From NCBI RefSeq assembly GCF_036321535.1, contig NC_087436.1, positions 83,578,001 through 83,642,000 of the forward strand: a DNA stretch of 64,000 nucleotides, given 5' to 3'. Made by a program: the position numbers and the translations under genes. Of the stretch, positions 1 to 13,742 are shown piece by piece. Below the pieces are notes generated by a model that was given only the letters and a program-made list of their open reading frames with translations, searched no databases and had not been told where the DNA came from. Position 1 is the stretch's first letter. Every line of letters starts with the position of its first letter. Origin of the DNA: Camelus dromedarius (Eukaryota).

Positions 1-1165
1 GGAACTGAACTTTTCCACAGACAGACAGATGGCCAACAGGTATATGGAAAGGTACTCAACTGATCATCAAGGAAATAAAAATCAAAACTGCAAGTGAGCT
101 ATCACGTCATATCATATTGCCAAAAGACAAGAAATAATTGTTGCCAAGGATGTGGAGAAAAGGGAACCCTCGTGCACTGTTGGGGAAATGTAAATTGGTG
201 CAGCCATTATGGAAAACATTACGGAGGTTCCTCAAAAAATTAAAAATAGAACTACCGTAGGATCCAGCAATTCCACTGCTGGATATTTATCCAAAGAAAA
301 TGAAATCACGATCTTAAAAAAGATACCTGCAAACCCACGTTCATTGTAGCATTATTTACAATGGTTAAAACATGGAAACAGAAGTGTCCACGGACAGAAA
401 AATGCATAAATAAAATGATTATATATACACACATATAAGCACACACAACGAAATGTTATTCAGCCATAAAAAAGGAAGTCCTGTTGGTGCAGATGGATTG
501 ACCTTGAAAATATCATGCTAAGTGAAATAAGTCAGAGAAAGACAAATACTGCATGATCTCATTTACATGCGGAATCTTAAAAAAACAATGAATCCATAAG
601 ATATAGAGAACAGACCGGTAGTTGCCAGAGGCAGAGGGTAGGAGGTGGGCAAATTAGGTAAAATGGGTGAAGTGGTCAAAATTAGAAACTTCCAGGTATA
701 CAATAAGTCCCAAGGCTGTAATGTACAGCCTGGTGACTATAGTTAACAATACTGTGTTGTATGTTTGAATGGTGCTAAAAAAGGTAGATCCTAAAAGTTC
801 TCATCAGAAATTTAAAAAAAAATGTAACTATGTATGGTGATGGACATTAACTAAATTTACTGTGGTAATCATTTCACAACATACAAGTTATCCCTTGAAC
901 AACATGGGGTCAGGAATGCCAATGAAAATTTGTATTTAACTTTATAGGGTGCGCTCCATATCTGTGGTTCCACGTTGGTGATTCAATCCATCGTGGATTA
1001 TGTGGTCCTGTACCATGTACTTGGAAAAAAAGATCCACACATAAGTGACCCAAGCAGTTCAAATCTGTGTTGTTCAAGGGTCAACTGCATATATCTCAAA
1101 TCATTATGTTGCACACCTAAAATGAATACAATATTATATGTCAATTATATCTCAATAATAAAAAG
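1..1165 (+). mobile_element. LINE-1 3' end (ORF2 tail and 3'UTR), older L1M-type
   Basis: Typical L1 motifs (ggatgtggagaaaagggaaccctcgtgcactgttgg, gatccagcaattccact, ctaagtgaaataagtcag) ending tatgtcaattatatctcaataataaaaa. Confidence 0.9.
884..1087. mobile_element. Non-autonomous TcMar-Tigger element (Tigger2a/MER8-like) nested in L1
   Basis: Terminal inverted repeats caagttatcccttgaacaac / gttgttcaagggtcaactg. L1 sequence resumes on both sides. Confidence 0.8.
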
Positions 1166-2439
1166 ATAGAGCGAGATACCAGCTTAGGTTTGTGGGTCTC
1201 TCCAGTTTGGTTCAGATGCTGGAGTAGACAAGCAGTGAGTAGCCTGCTGGTTTTAGAGACGGTTGGGATTTAAGGCAGCAGATATTAGCTTCTTTATTCC
1301 TGTATTGTCATTGCTTGTTCAGCCTCATGAGACTGAGTGATGCCCAAGAGTATGTCTTTGTTATTGTTGTCTCCTCTGCCTATAACTCTTTGGCATAAAA
1401 GGTGATTAATGAGCATTCAATATCATATTTTCTTTATGAAAACATTTATAAATTACTTTGTTGGCTATTCTCCCTCCTCAAAACATAGAGCTGATGAAAT
1501 CAGATTTACTTATAAATTATGTATTATAAAACTATGATCAGTTTTCCCCTACAAGTTCTTTATATTTAAATGCAACAAAATAAAATTTTCAGAAAGTAAT
1601 TATATTCCCTTTTCTGAGAACTAATCACGAGTTCATCAAAGTACTATTCAGACGTGAAAACGTCTTTTGGTAACATCATGAGTGAGTTCTTAAAAAGATT
1701 ATCTTACTCTTCAAAGCATAGCTATGAGGGGTTAGTGTAACACACTCTAGGTTTCTCCAAAAATCAGAGTTAACTCCTCGTGGAAAGAGAAGTTATTCAC
1801 AGGCTTCTGGGCTGTAAGACTTCACACAGCTGAACTTCTTCCTCTGGAAAACTCTTAGAAATCATTATTTCTTCTATGTCTGTGAACAGTACGACTACAC
1901 TACCTGGTGATCTGTTTGCATTTCTATCCTAAGTCCATAAATAAAGGTATAGCTTTCAGGGGAAGGAAAAGCTGCTCTCACATCAAAAACAGCGAAGGGA
2001 TATTGCCTTTAAAGCTCTCTCTGGAGGCGCTGTTTTGGTGAGCAGGGCAGCACATTTCTATCTGCATGTATTTGTCAATGTGTGTTGTGAGCATGACTGC
2101 CAAAAAATGATTAAAGGAATAAAAAAAAATGCTATTTGTAGTCCAAGCTTTCTTTTAATGCAATCCTTACTGTAAACAAAGAAAGCTGATGGAATGTTTT
2201 GTATTCCTTTTGCCAAACTCTGAAACTAATGAACCCTCGTCCACAAAGCCACCTGGGAATTACAAGGCCCAGAGTCAGTGGGGTCTCTGTGAAAGCAGTC
2301 TCCACTGGGGTACTGCTCAGTGTAACCAAACTATGAGGCGTCAAGAGTTATTTAGTTTTAGTAAAACACCCATTCTCGAAGGGTTAAAAACAATTTCCAT
2401 GGTCATAAATATAAGTGAGTATTTTTATAACATATTAAT

Positions 2440-2640
2440 TTATGGGGGAGAAACTGGCTTTGACTCTATGTATTTCTCCTGTTGCTAGCTGCATGATTTT
2501 AGGCAAGTCCCCTAACTTCTCTAAAGCTGTACTGCCTCATCTGTGTAATTAAAAACCTACACCTCATAAGACGAGATGGAAATTAAATGAGATAATTTGT
2601 GTTCCATTAGTGCCGGGAAGAGAGTAAGCACATAATAAAA
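2440..2640 (+). mobile_element. MIR SINE
   Basis: Core motifs ttaggcaagtcccctaacttctct...cctcatctgtgtaa...aattaaatgagataat. Confidence 0.7.
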
Positions 2641-2934
2641 GACAGAAGTGAGAGCTATTAATTTTAGTAATTAACAAACACAATAAAGGACTTCAGAACT
2701 TGGGACAACATGTCACTATTACCAAATTAACCTAGTGATTTAATCTTAGACAGCATTCTTCAAATTTGACAACAATGCAATTTAATAAGCATTTATTAAC
2801 AATTATGACATGCTGGGCCTCAGGCTAGGCCCTGGCACCATTAATGATGCTGGCTGCAGTCTTCAAGAAGCAGGCTGTCTAGCAGGGAGACAGACACACA
2901 GACTCTTGCCTCCAGGAACAAAGCACAAGTGCAG

Positions 2935-3175
2935 TAACAGCTAACTGCTGGGTGCTTACTAAATAGGAGGCACAATGTTTAAGCATGGCATGTATATTTT
3001 ATCATTCTCCATTAAAAATAACTACGAAATAGGTACTATTATTTCCATTTTATTGACAGGAGAATCGAGATAGAGAAGAAACTTGCCCAAGGTCACCCCA
3101 CTAGTAAGTGATGAATCTAGTACTTGAATTTCTGGCAATCTGATGAAAGAGTCAGCAACCTTAACTGTTACACCG
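2935..3175 (-). mobile_element. MIR SINE
   Basis: taggtactattatttccatttta...aacttgcccaaggtcacc (reverse MIR core). Confidence 0.7.
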
Positions 3176-3204
3176 CCCTGCCTCTTGTATTTTTAAAAAC
3201 GTTC

Positions 3205-3710
3205 CATGGCAACAGACATTTACTGAGCACTTACCACCTATAAGGCACTAAACATACAAGGGAGAATAAATCAGACCTGATTTTTGCACCCTGGAGCTTG
3301 CAGTATAGTAGGGAAGACAAATATTAATCATATAACTGCATGAATATATACACATGAACTATGCCAAGCACTGGGAATAAGACAGAAATGTTAAGTAAGG
3401 AATGTATAATGTGTACACTGTTATCTGAGCATCTAATCAAGGCATATGATTAATTCTGCCTAGACAGTGGTGAGGGGGGAAGGCCTTTCAGATAATAACA
3501 GGAACAAAGGTACAAAATAAGAAACCTGAAATGACTGGGCACAGAGGGGAACAGAGATGTGGGGGCAAGAGCTGAGGCTGAAGGACTGCTCTGAAGTCTG
3601 ACTGTTCAAAGCACGTGTACCGTGCTGAATGGTCTGACTTTTATTCAGTATTCAGTGGTGAAGGAAGCACTTTATAATAGCTATTCTGGCCATGTTGAGG
3701 ACAAAAGACT
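3205..3710 (-). mobile_element. L2 LINE fragment
   Basis: caacagacatttactgagcacttac...cctggagcttgcagtatagtagggaagacaaa, the reverse L2 3' end. Confidence 0.55.
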
Positions 3711-3834
3711 AGGGTGATACTAATATATTTTTGGATTGAAACTCCCTCAAACACTAACCTTTACTGATAATATAAGGCCCTAGATTACATTCACACTTTT
3801 TTCATCTTCTAACTTTAATATTCATTAAACAGAG

Positions 3835-4790
3835 TGTGTGGAATAGAAAATTTGGGGTTGCCTTCTCAGTGCTCATACCCTTCCTTCTTCTCTGCCAAAG
3901 TCCCTGATTTCTAGTGGTGTGCCATGGGGTTCCCAAGAAGGTGGCTCTGGGGTGGATCATGTGACCAGACTAAGCCAATTAGTGCACGCCTATCTCCAAG
4001 CCACAGTCAAAGGTTCTCTCTTGTTTGACTGAACATGGTAGAGATGGGAGAGAATTCTTTAAAGGTCTCTTATGTTTCTGTGGGTCTTAAGCAGAGGCAT
4101 TGACTGCCTTTGTTCTGAATTATCTTTCCAAGGTGTTTGTATAATGAACAGCCTTGGAAGACTAGATAGACTCTGCATCTGAAGTAGAGGCTGGTTTCCT
4201 TACAGCCTTGGAAGACAGAGATAGCATCTCCTTCTGGAGCAAAGGGCAGTCATGCTCACTGCCCATTATAAAAGATTCAGGTTCCCTGAATTCAGAATAC
4301 CTCTCCAGTAACACAACTGACTGCTAAGAAACCACTCTGTGGGAAGTGGGATTTGGGTAATCAGCATAAGAAATGCTGGCTATTGCTACTGCTCAGAGTA
4401 ACAAAGTGTCCTTCATCTCAGACCTAGGAGTCTCATGTCTTCTAGTAGCATCCATGAAACTGGCAGATTAACTTGTCAGCTTGTAAATAGGGTAAAATCA
4501 CAGACCCTTCACACCTCTCAATTGGTAGCACATAGCCCTCAAAGCCACTGGCAGCCATCTTGGGGCTGTAAGAGGGGTTGGTCCTTGTAACATGAAGCTG
4601 ATACCATGTAATTCAAAAAGATGGAAAGCAGCGAGGTCCTTGGTAAACGTTATTAAGCTATGTGGTAAAGCTTTGTCAGAACTCACGGTATTTCTAGGAC
4701 TTTTGGTACCAAGTCAATAAATTCCCTTTGTTGCTTAACTAAGTTGGAATTGTGTTTGTCTGTTGTTTGAAACCAAAGGTATTCTTACTG
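3835..4790 (+). mobile_element. Old ERVL-type LTR (LTR16-like) with a second LTR nested at ~4038-4513
   Basis: catgtgaccagactaagccaat, ggcagccatctt and caataaattccctttgttgcttaa are LTR16-like. The inner block has an internal repeat (acagccttggaagac twice) and ends ...cccttcaca. Confidence 0.55.
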
Positions 4791-6355
4791 GTTCCATCTG
4801 AATTATATTCTTAATTTGAAAATATGTCTGATTTAAATGCAAGCCAAATTAACTCTGGAATAATCACATGGTAATTCTAAAGCTTTCAGCAGCAAAGTAT
4901 GAACATAAAGTCTATTGATTCATCTGTGTGTTTGGCAGAATTGGTATTGACAAGATCACTTTCTGTAGAAGCTCTACAGTAAAAAGGACTCACACAAGTT
5001 TTTTAGGATGTGAAACACTACTAGTTAAAAGTAGCTTTTTTTTTTTTTTTAAATATTGAACTCTGCTATCCTGTTTTCAATTGTTTAGCAAATCCAGCAG
5101 TAGATAAGAATCCCGTTTAAGCAGTTTGGTTAGATCTAAGGTTTGCTAGGCTAGTTACCAGTCTTTATCATTCCACACAACATAACATGGTCACAAAGAG
5201 CTACTTCTGACTGGGGACATGATGGGCATAAATAACTGGTTTTTTTTTTCTTTTTCTTTTTCTTTTTCTCTTCTCTCACTTAGGAAAAAAATGATAGGAT
5301 AAAGGGATGTGAGACCCCTATCAACAGGATGAGTAAGTAAAGGCCTGGTATCAGGGTAAGCTTCTGATGAAAGAGTTTTAACATGAAATAGAGAACAAGT
5401 ACAAATTTTCATGATGTTCTCAGATCTCAAAGTGCGAATGTGAAGAAGAGAACCAACTACGGTTGTATTTAAGATCAAAAAGTAAACAAAAAATTGGAAT
5501 AAATTGTGAGAACAGAATCAGAGAGGAAGAATAAATCATTCAAACAAGAAACATTTATTGAATATCTATACCAGGCAGTATGTCAGACTCTATGTACACA
5601 AGGATGAACAGCATAGAACCTTGTTCTGAAAAGAGCTTATATTCCACTGAAATGCAGACAGAGTAGGAGTCAAAAAAATGCCATATTGACATGGGCCACA
5701 ATGGGTGCGATCATCTCCATCAGAGAGAAGGATGCCGGGAAAGGCTGCAAAGAAGGGTCATTCGCAAGACGAGTTAGCATTTATTTGATGGGCAGAAGTG
5801 GATGCTGGTAGAGGTTCAGATACATTTCTTTAGTCTTTCCCCTGAATCACACCTTTGCTTGGGAGTTACTAGATCAAGGTAACTGCCAAAACTGCCTTGT
5901 TGTGATATTTTAACAAGGAGTTACCTATGTTTATATACAAATTCTGATTTCCTTTATAAAAAGCATTGCTGTGGGTTTTTTTTTAAGTGCTAAATAGAAA
6001 AAAATGGAAATGTCTCTTTCTGTCATTCACAGCTGTAACTAAATAATCAAACTGAAAAGTGGTAACCGCTAAAAGTCCAGATGTAAAACCTATGAGGAAA
6101 TACATAATATACTCTCCCAAATATTTCTAGCTATTCCATGACAGGAGAACATCACAGGGTATATTTCAAAGAAGTAATCAACAACTTGTGATTAACATCA
6201 GAAAAAAATTTCATGTATACCCATCTAGAGAGAAAAATAAAATACCTATGAAGAGATAATGGTTGAGTTCTGGGGGTCATATCAATACGTAGCAGCCTGA
6301 CATATTGCCTTGGTATAGAAGCCCAACAGATGCTTGGTGAAAGAATGAATGAACA

Positions 6356-6480
6356 GGCGGAGGGTATAGGTTAAGTGGTAGAGCACATGCTTAGCATGCA
6401 CAGGGTCCTGGTTCAATCCCTGGTACCACCTCTAAAAATTAAATTAAATTAACAAACAAACAAATCTAATCTCCACAAAT
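6356..6480 (+). mobile_element. tRNA-Ala-derived camelid-type SINE (vic-1-like)
   Basis: ggagggtataggttaagtggtagagcacatgcttagcatgcacagggtcctggttcaatccctggtacc has A box, B box and an Ala(AGC)-like anticodon arm, followed by an A-rich tail. It sits at an L2 tail (gaatgaatgaa). Confidence 0.8.
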
Positions 6481-7186
6481 TTTTTTTACATAAATGATTT
6501 ACTCTCCTCTAGTTGTGTTATCACGATGTATTTCAAATTTTGTTTACTTCTTGATGTTAAAAACAACCTCATTTGATTCTCTTCTTCAGATTCACACTTT
6601 AGGATCTGAGAATATCATGAAGAGTTGAACTTGCTCTCTGCTTTATGTTAAAACTCTTTAATTGGATGCTTACCTTGACTTCAGCAAATGTAAGTCAGAA
6701 ATAAAGTAAAAGCAGGAGAAACATGATCAAGATTATAATAAGTTTTTGAAAATGTATTTCCCTTATCCATGTTGTCTATTATTATTTTGCCTTAGCCACT
6801 ATCTCAGTAGAAGCCAGAGAAACAGTTCACTCTAAAAGTGACTCATGAGACGGAAGGTTAAAGGAGAAACCAGTGTGATTTCCTAATTATTGGAATTAGA
6901 AGAGTAGTGTTGTTCGGTTAGGCACAATTATTTTAAAAAATGGGATGGGATGTGATTTTAAAGTAAAAAAGTAAGTTCACCTGCTTGCAGCTAATAAATA
7001 ATTTATACCTTACAGTGATTATGTAAGTTTTTAAATGACAATATAGTTGTTAAATAGCCCAATGGAATACAAAACAATTTCAACCATATAAATTCTGAGT
7101 TTTATCTGGTATGGTAACAGCAAATGAGGAAAGTGATTAGCAGTAACTCAGGTGTTTACCCTGATTTAGAGCAATTATGCTTCTAT

Positions 7187-7402
7187 GCTAGGAGTTGGTG
7201 AACTTTTTCTATAAAAGGCCAGACAGTAAATATTTATCGCTTTATGGGTTGTGTTGAAACTACTCAACTCCATTGTTGTAAAACAATTTGAAAGCCGCCA
7301 TGACAATATGTGAAGAGCATGGCTGTGTTCCAATAAAACTTTACTTAGAAAAACAGGTAGTGGACTGGAGTTGGCCTGAAGGCCATAATTTGTTGGCCCA
7401 TG
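7187..7402 (+). mobile_element. MER58A-like hAT-Charlie MITE
   Basis: ggagttggtgaactttttctataaaaggccagacagtaaatattt...catggctgtgttccaataaaacttta...atttgttggcccatg. Confidence 0.8.
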
Positions 7403-7913
7403 TTCTGTATCACTCATTTCTTTCAGCTTTTTCTTTTGTCTCTATTCACAACCATCAAAGGGTCAATATTGTACATACAATTTTATATTGAATTATTTGA
7501 AATTACTGAATTGATACAATTATTTAAACATAATTAACCTTCAAAATATAATTATGAACAATCCAGAATACATAAAACTTTCTCCATCCCACTGGATATC
7601 AGGAAAATGACATTTTATGTTCCAATCAGAGAGATTAAGACTGATAATGTCTCATGCTCGCCAGCTGGTAGAGAATTGGAACTCCCATATACTCTTGGTG
7701 GAAATACCAATTAGTACAACGATCTTAAAGAGTAATAGGGCAACTCTAGTCTTACTAAAAATGTGTAGACACCTTAGTTTCCCTATGAGCTACATATCCT
7801 GATGAATATATTAATATAAAATGTTTCTGTAGCATTTTTTATAATTAAAAAGTTGAAAATAACATAAACCTAAGACAATGGATAAATAAAACATAGATAT
7901 ACAACAGAGTATC

Positions 7914-8235
7914 ACAGCTGGTTCTCATGATTTGTGCTAGTTACCTTTTGTACAGTTGCTGTGAACACTGAATTAGTGAATACTGAATCACTGTTCCTAG
8001 AAAAAATACAGGGTTAGGTTCCCATGGGCTTCTGATCACATTTTTGTCAACTGATCAATATAGAATAGTGTTTTATATTTGTTTATTTTAAAGATACCTT
8101 ATTTAATATATTTGTTGATTAACAATGAACTCACAACCAACAGCACTATAACTTATGTACAAACAATGCTCATGAATACACATATTCTCTGCAGGAGACA
8201 TCATAGCCCTTATGTGCTCAGAAGCACTGAGAGCT
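7914..8235 (+). mobile_element. MER82-like Tigger DNA element fragment
   Basis: gtgaacactgaattagtgaatactgaa...aaatacagggttaggttcc matches the MER82 5' part as recalled. Confidence 0.7.
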
Positions 8236-8289
8236 TGGAGATTTTCTTTACCAAATATAACAAAATCAAACGAATTACTAAATTCGGCT

Positions 8290-9440
8290 GTATAAAATTG
8301 TTATTCACAACAGTCAGGACATAATAATAAATTATTAGACATGTACAGAAACAGGAAAACTGTTTCTCATATACAAGAAAAAGGAAACCAAAGAACTCTG
8401 CACTGCAATTATCCAGATAAAGGATTTAGCTAACAAAGAATTTTCAGCAGCTAGTATAACTGCAAAAGCTCAAGGACTTAAAGGAAAATATGCTTATAAT
8501 CATTATGTTCAAACAGGAAGTACCAGTAGGGAAAACAGAATCTATAAAATAAAACTACCAAATAGTTTCTATAAATAAATTTAAGAAACAGTATCTGACA
8601 GAAAAATTCACAAGATAGGCTTCCAACAGATTCGAGATGACAGAAGAGTCATTAAACTTTAAGACAAAACATTAGGTGATATGCAATCAGAAGAACAGAA
8701 AAAAGTATTTAACAGTACCTGTGGGACAATATCATAAGGTCTAACATAAAGCTACTAAGAACCCCAAAAGGAGGTAAGAGAGATTGAGACAGAAAAAAAT
8801 ACTTTAAAAGAAATAATAGTTTAAAACATCCTAAATTTGTTAAAGACAAAATTTACAGTTAAAAAATTGCAGTAAATCTCAAGCAGGATAAAAGAAAATC
8901 CACTTAAACACATCAGAAAACACTGCAGAAAACCAAAGATAAAGTGAAATATTTAAAGCAGCCAGAGACAAAGATAGTTTATGTATACAGAAACAATGAC
9001 ACAATGGTTCCAAACTTACCAGAAAAAATGAAACAAAAAGAGACTGGAAGACAATGGAATGACAGTTTTAAAGGGCTGAAAGGAAAAAAAGAACAACAAA
9101 CAACTGTAAACACAGACCTCTCTATATGTCAAAGAGTATTCTTCAAGATTGAAAGTTAAATGAAGTCATCTTTAGATAAACAAAACTAGTATTTCATTAC
9201 CAGCAGATCAGCACTGTAAAAAATGCTAAAGGAAATTCTGTTGCACAGAAATGGTAACAGAAACGGACAGCTGCAGGAAGGAACGAAGAGCACCAGAAAT
9301 GGTAACCAGCTATGTGTGGAAATGTAAAACCTGTGTTTCTCTTGATTTATTTGAAATACATATGACTCTTTAAAGCAAGAATTTCAACACTGTTCTGTGG
9401 AGTTATAAAAATATAATACCTCTGACAACTACAGCATAAA
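8290..9440 (+). mobile_element. Old L1 5'/ORF1-region fragment
   Basis: A-rich decayed ORF1 (cctgtgggacaatatcataaggtctaacata; ORF 8944-9159 'ETGRQWNDSFKGLK' is ORF1-like). Confidence 0.7.
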
Positions 9441-9449
9441 GACCTGAGG

Positions 9450-10905
9450 CTTTTCTCTGTTTACTTTCATTCCCTATCTGTCACTTTGGTTTAGGCCTTT
9501 CCCATAGCTCATTTGGACCATAACTTCCTCATGAGTCTCCCCCTTTTCAATCCACTCTGTTGATAGGGGTGATCTGATCTTATTCCCTGATTAAAATAGT
9601 TCAATGGCTTTCCACTTTCCATAGTCTATAATCCACACTCTTTAGCATCCCATAAATTCCACCAGACTATTTCTGCAAGTTCACTTCCTGCCACTCTCTA
9701 AGACCAAGATTTTTGCAAGTCTCTAAATACATACACTTTCCTTATCTCCTTCCCTTTGTACCTGCTGTTCCCTCTGCAACACACACCCTCCTACAATGCA
9801 AGTTCTATCTTGGCTACTCAGTGTGTCCATAATCTCTCAACGACTTCAACACAGGCATAGTAGTAATCACCTGCCTTTCCTTAGTTCTCATATTATAATA
9901 CAGAAAAGATTAGGACTCTTCATTTATGCACCAAATGCCATCAATATGCTAATGATTCTTAAATTTGCATCTTTGTCCAGACCTCTCTCCTACATTCAAA
10001 CATGATCTTCAGTTAACATCTACATTTAGAGGATAGTGAAACTAAATAAGAGAGCTTACAGAGCACACAGCAGGGCCAGAGTTCAAACCATCACGTACAT
10101 GGTCTCCAACCACCTCATTTCCCAGACCAGGGACCTGAGAGTCACCTTTGGCATGTCCCTTTCTTTCACCTCTTACACCAAATCCATGACCAAGTTCTAA
10201 TTCTGTCATTCAGAAAAATCCCAAGTAAGTCTACTTCTCTTCATCTCTATCCATTCCAGGCTTCCTACGTTGTTGCTGGACAACTGCAAAGACTTCCTGA
10301 TCGGTTTTCCTACTTGAACTTTTGTTCTCTCTGGACTGTATTCACCAAATAGGAGCCAGATTTATATCTTCTAAACATAAACATTGTTATAATTTTCCTT
10401 ATTTAAAGTTTATCAATGGTTTCTCATTTCATTTTGGCAAAATGGCCAAATGCTTAACAGCCTGCAAAGCCCTGCTCCAGCCTCACGTGGAGGTCCTCTC
10501 CACTTTTCTCCCCAGGCTTCAGCCTCCTCCCAGCGGCCTCTGCTCATTAATCCAGCCCCAGGCCCTTCTCACGTGTTGTTACAACGCTGGGAAATCTTCT
10601 CCCCTCCGCCCTGTCCTTCCCTCACCTATTCTCACTCATCTTCCTTCCAGAAAAGAAATATAACTTCCTTCAAGAATTCCTCCCTGGATGTATGAGTTTA
10701 AATCAGATGCCATTGTTATAAGTTGTCAGGGCATTCTATTTTCCTTCCTAACAATTAACCCAATTTGCAACTAAATATTTGAGGGTTAGTCTGTGTTCCC
10801 CACTGGATTGAAAACTCTGTGTGTCAAGTCGAATATCTAAGCACTTAGCTTTTAGTGCAAGGCCTGTCATATGGTAGGCAACTAGTATTTTGAGAAAATA
10901 AATAA
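9450..10905 (+). mobile_element. L2 LINE fragments
   Basis: Pyrimidine-rich decayed L2 (tccagacctctctcct, cctgagagtcacctttg, ttagtgcaaggcctgtcatatggtaggca). Confidence 0.6.
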
Positions 10906-13369
10906 CTAATGCAGGCTAAATGCCTGGTCAGGCAGAGAGGAGAAACAATCACAACAGACATGACTCAGCACGAAACGACCAAAAGGACTAACATCAGAAG
11001 CTGCACAAAATTCAGAATACGTAAGCAAAATCGCTGCTTGCAATAATATGCATAATTCATATATTTACATTCTAATTATGCCAATTTTCAAAACCCAAGA
11101 TTAACTCTAAACTGAGACTTTGGCAGTCTAAATTTACATTTCTGTCCTGAGCCTGTGAGCTAAGGCAAATTACTTCTCTGTGCCTCTTCCTTCCCTAAGG
11201 ACACTAAATATTTCTGTTGTGAAAATGAGCTGTAATGATGAAAATTTAAAGTTAAGGGGATAATAGTTTGAAAAGTGGAGTACTATAATTCTGTGGTATG
11301 AACGAGATGGAGGAATAAAAAACAACTCTGCTCACAGGCAATGATTAAATCATAATACCTAATGCCGACGAGGCTGGATGGAAATGGCACTCTCATATTT
11401 TCCAGTGGCTGTGTAAATTTTTATAACTCTTTAGTAAAAATTTAACTTAGCAAGAGGCTTGAAGGGCCATAAAAATATTTATACCTTTCGAACTGGTAAA
11501 TCCACTTTCAGCAATCAGTCCTGAGGAAATAACTCTAGCTGAGAAACAAATCTTATGCTGGAAAATGTTTAACCATGCAGTATTTATAAAATTGAATATT
11601 ACATTACTGAAAATCTGACATATAATAATATGAGAACGATCATCATTGTTATTATGAAGTCTGTACTAACACAGACAATGCTTATAATAAATACATGAAG
11701 GGAAAACAGAAGAAAGTAAAATTGCTTGTAAAATACGAATGTATCTTTCAAATACATCCACAGACATGCAGGAAAACAGGCAAAAAAAATTACACATCAA
11801 AATTCTAACAGTGATCATAATAAAGGTAGAAAAGAGGGGAGCTGGATTTTTGCCTTTTTCCTTTACTGTCTTTTTTCAGTGTTATTTGACTTTTATAAGA
11901 GTTAACAACAACAAAAAGTCTTCAGTGGTTCTGCACTGTCTATTTAATAAGGTTTAAATTTGTGAGTACAAATCTCCTATTCAAGGTCCTCCTCAGTTTA
12001 CCTCCACTTTCCCTTCTAGCTTATCTTACACTTCTTACTCCTTATACTGTATCCATCCCTTACAAAGGCCCCTCAGTGGGACCAGTGGTGGGGCTCACCC
12101 CGAGTTTACTTAGCTGAATAAACAAATCTTTTCTCTTTTTGAACATTTGCTGACCCACTCCCTGATGAAGGGTTATATATTTTAGTTAAAGCAATTTGGT
12201 ACTTTTAAGAGAAATTACATTTCCATAAAAAGACTGCTTATAAAAGCAGTCATCTATTTAATTTGGAAATAGGAATTAGATAAAGACAACGGGGGACACA
12301 CTATACCAGTAATTTTTTTCTTTTGTAGACACATATTGATTAACTTTATTTTATGTACCATATTCTGTCTTAAAATAGAAAGTATAGTTGCTTCAGAAAA
12401 TCAATTTAAAGGAGTCAGTTATACTCCACATCTAGAATTTTCTTCTCTTACTTAAAATTCACTCCATGAACATTTGAGATGCAAAGTAAACAAACATTTT
12501 CTCAATATTGGTTTTCAACATAATTACTAAGGAAAGCTAATGATCGAGGATTTTAAGAATCATGGCAGTATTCAGTGGTGGCTTTAAGAATCTTCTTTAG
12601 CATTTATAAAGCTATTTAATGTCTGTAAATTCTGAGTATGAGAGCCCTTAACAAACAAGTAGTTCTACATCTGCATCTGATGGTGTGGGACAATGAATAA
12701 ACAGTTATTACAATGAGGGAAAAGTCCAAACTCCGTGGCCCGATGACATGAGATTTAACCTACAGATTTCCACGGCAATAGCTAAGTTATCGGTTAGGCA
12801 TCAGATTCCTAGGATGCCCTGCTAAAGCCTAGTTAGCTTATCACAATTGAGAGTTTGAGAGGCTAGCCTGGCAGGGTCCAGCATCACAAAAGCTTAGCTG
12901 ATACATAAAATGGTTTTCAGAATGGCTGATGAGAATAAGAAGTTGTGTGTAACCGGATGACTTGACACACAAAACACGTCTAATGCTGGTAACTGAGAAG
13001 GGCTGCTGTCATCACAGAGAAAACACACAGTCACGTAAAAACAGTTCAGAGCTTTTGCACTTCAAGACACTGAGTTACGGGTTAAGAAGTAAAAGAAGAA
13101 AACAGCTAACTTCACTAGGCCTTGTATGCTTACTCCATCCCCAGGCGGTGTACCACTTACTTATATACATATTACCTTTAATTCTCACAACTTATCTGCA
13201 GAGGAGGGAGTATAACCCAACATGGCATGTAGGACTACAGAGATGTGAGGCACTACGAGGGTCAAGAGATTGAGCTTCAGGATCAAATATACTGGGCACT
13301 TATGGGAAAATTAACTAGGTTCTCTAAGGCTCCATTTTCTCAGTTGGAAAGAAAGAAGGAAAATGAAGG

Positions 13370-13742
13370 TATTGGCAAATATTGGGCAGGTTTCTTCCAG
13401 GCACATCATAGGGTTGTATTCCCTATTTCCATTGTGGCTGGGTGGGGCATTATGATTAGTTCTGAACTAATGAGTTAAGACCAGAAGTGATGGAGTTACT
13501 TCCAGGCCAAGGCATTCAATTGTCAATGCAAGATCCTACAGAACTCTTTCTTTGTCCTCTGGCACAGTAACTGGCCACATCAGAGATGGGCGCTGTCTGA
13601 ACAGGTTCTCAGGCGAGCAGCATAAGCAGAGCTCCCTTGTCAATCTAAACCGGATGGGTTGCATGAGCAAGAAACAAATGTACCACTAAGATTCTGAGAT
13701 TGCTTTATTATTGAAGTGTAATCAAGGCAATATGGACTGAGA
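13370..13742 (+). mobile_element. MLT1-type (ERVL-MaLR) LTR inserted into a MIR
   Basis: cagaagtgatggagttacttccaggccaaggcatt...ccactaagattctgagattg. MIR halves flank it at ~13285-13365 and ~13750-13860. Confidence 0.6.

Noticed and set aside
6356..6432. tRNA-Ala gene
   Set aside because: Degenerate stems and an A-rich tail indicate a SINE.
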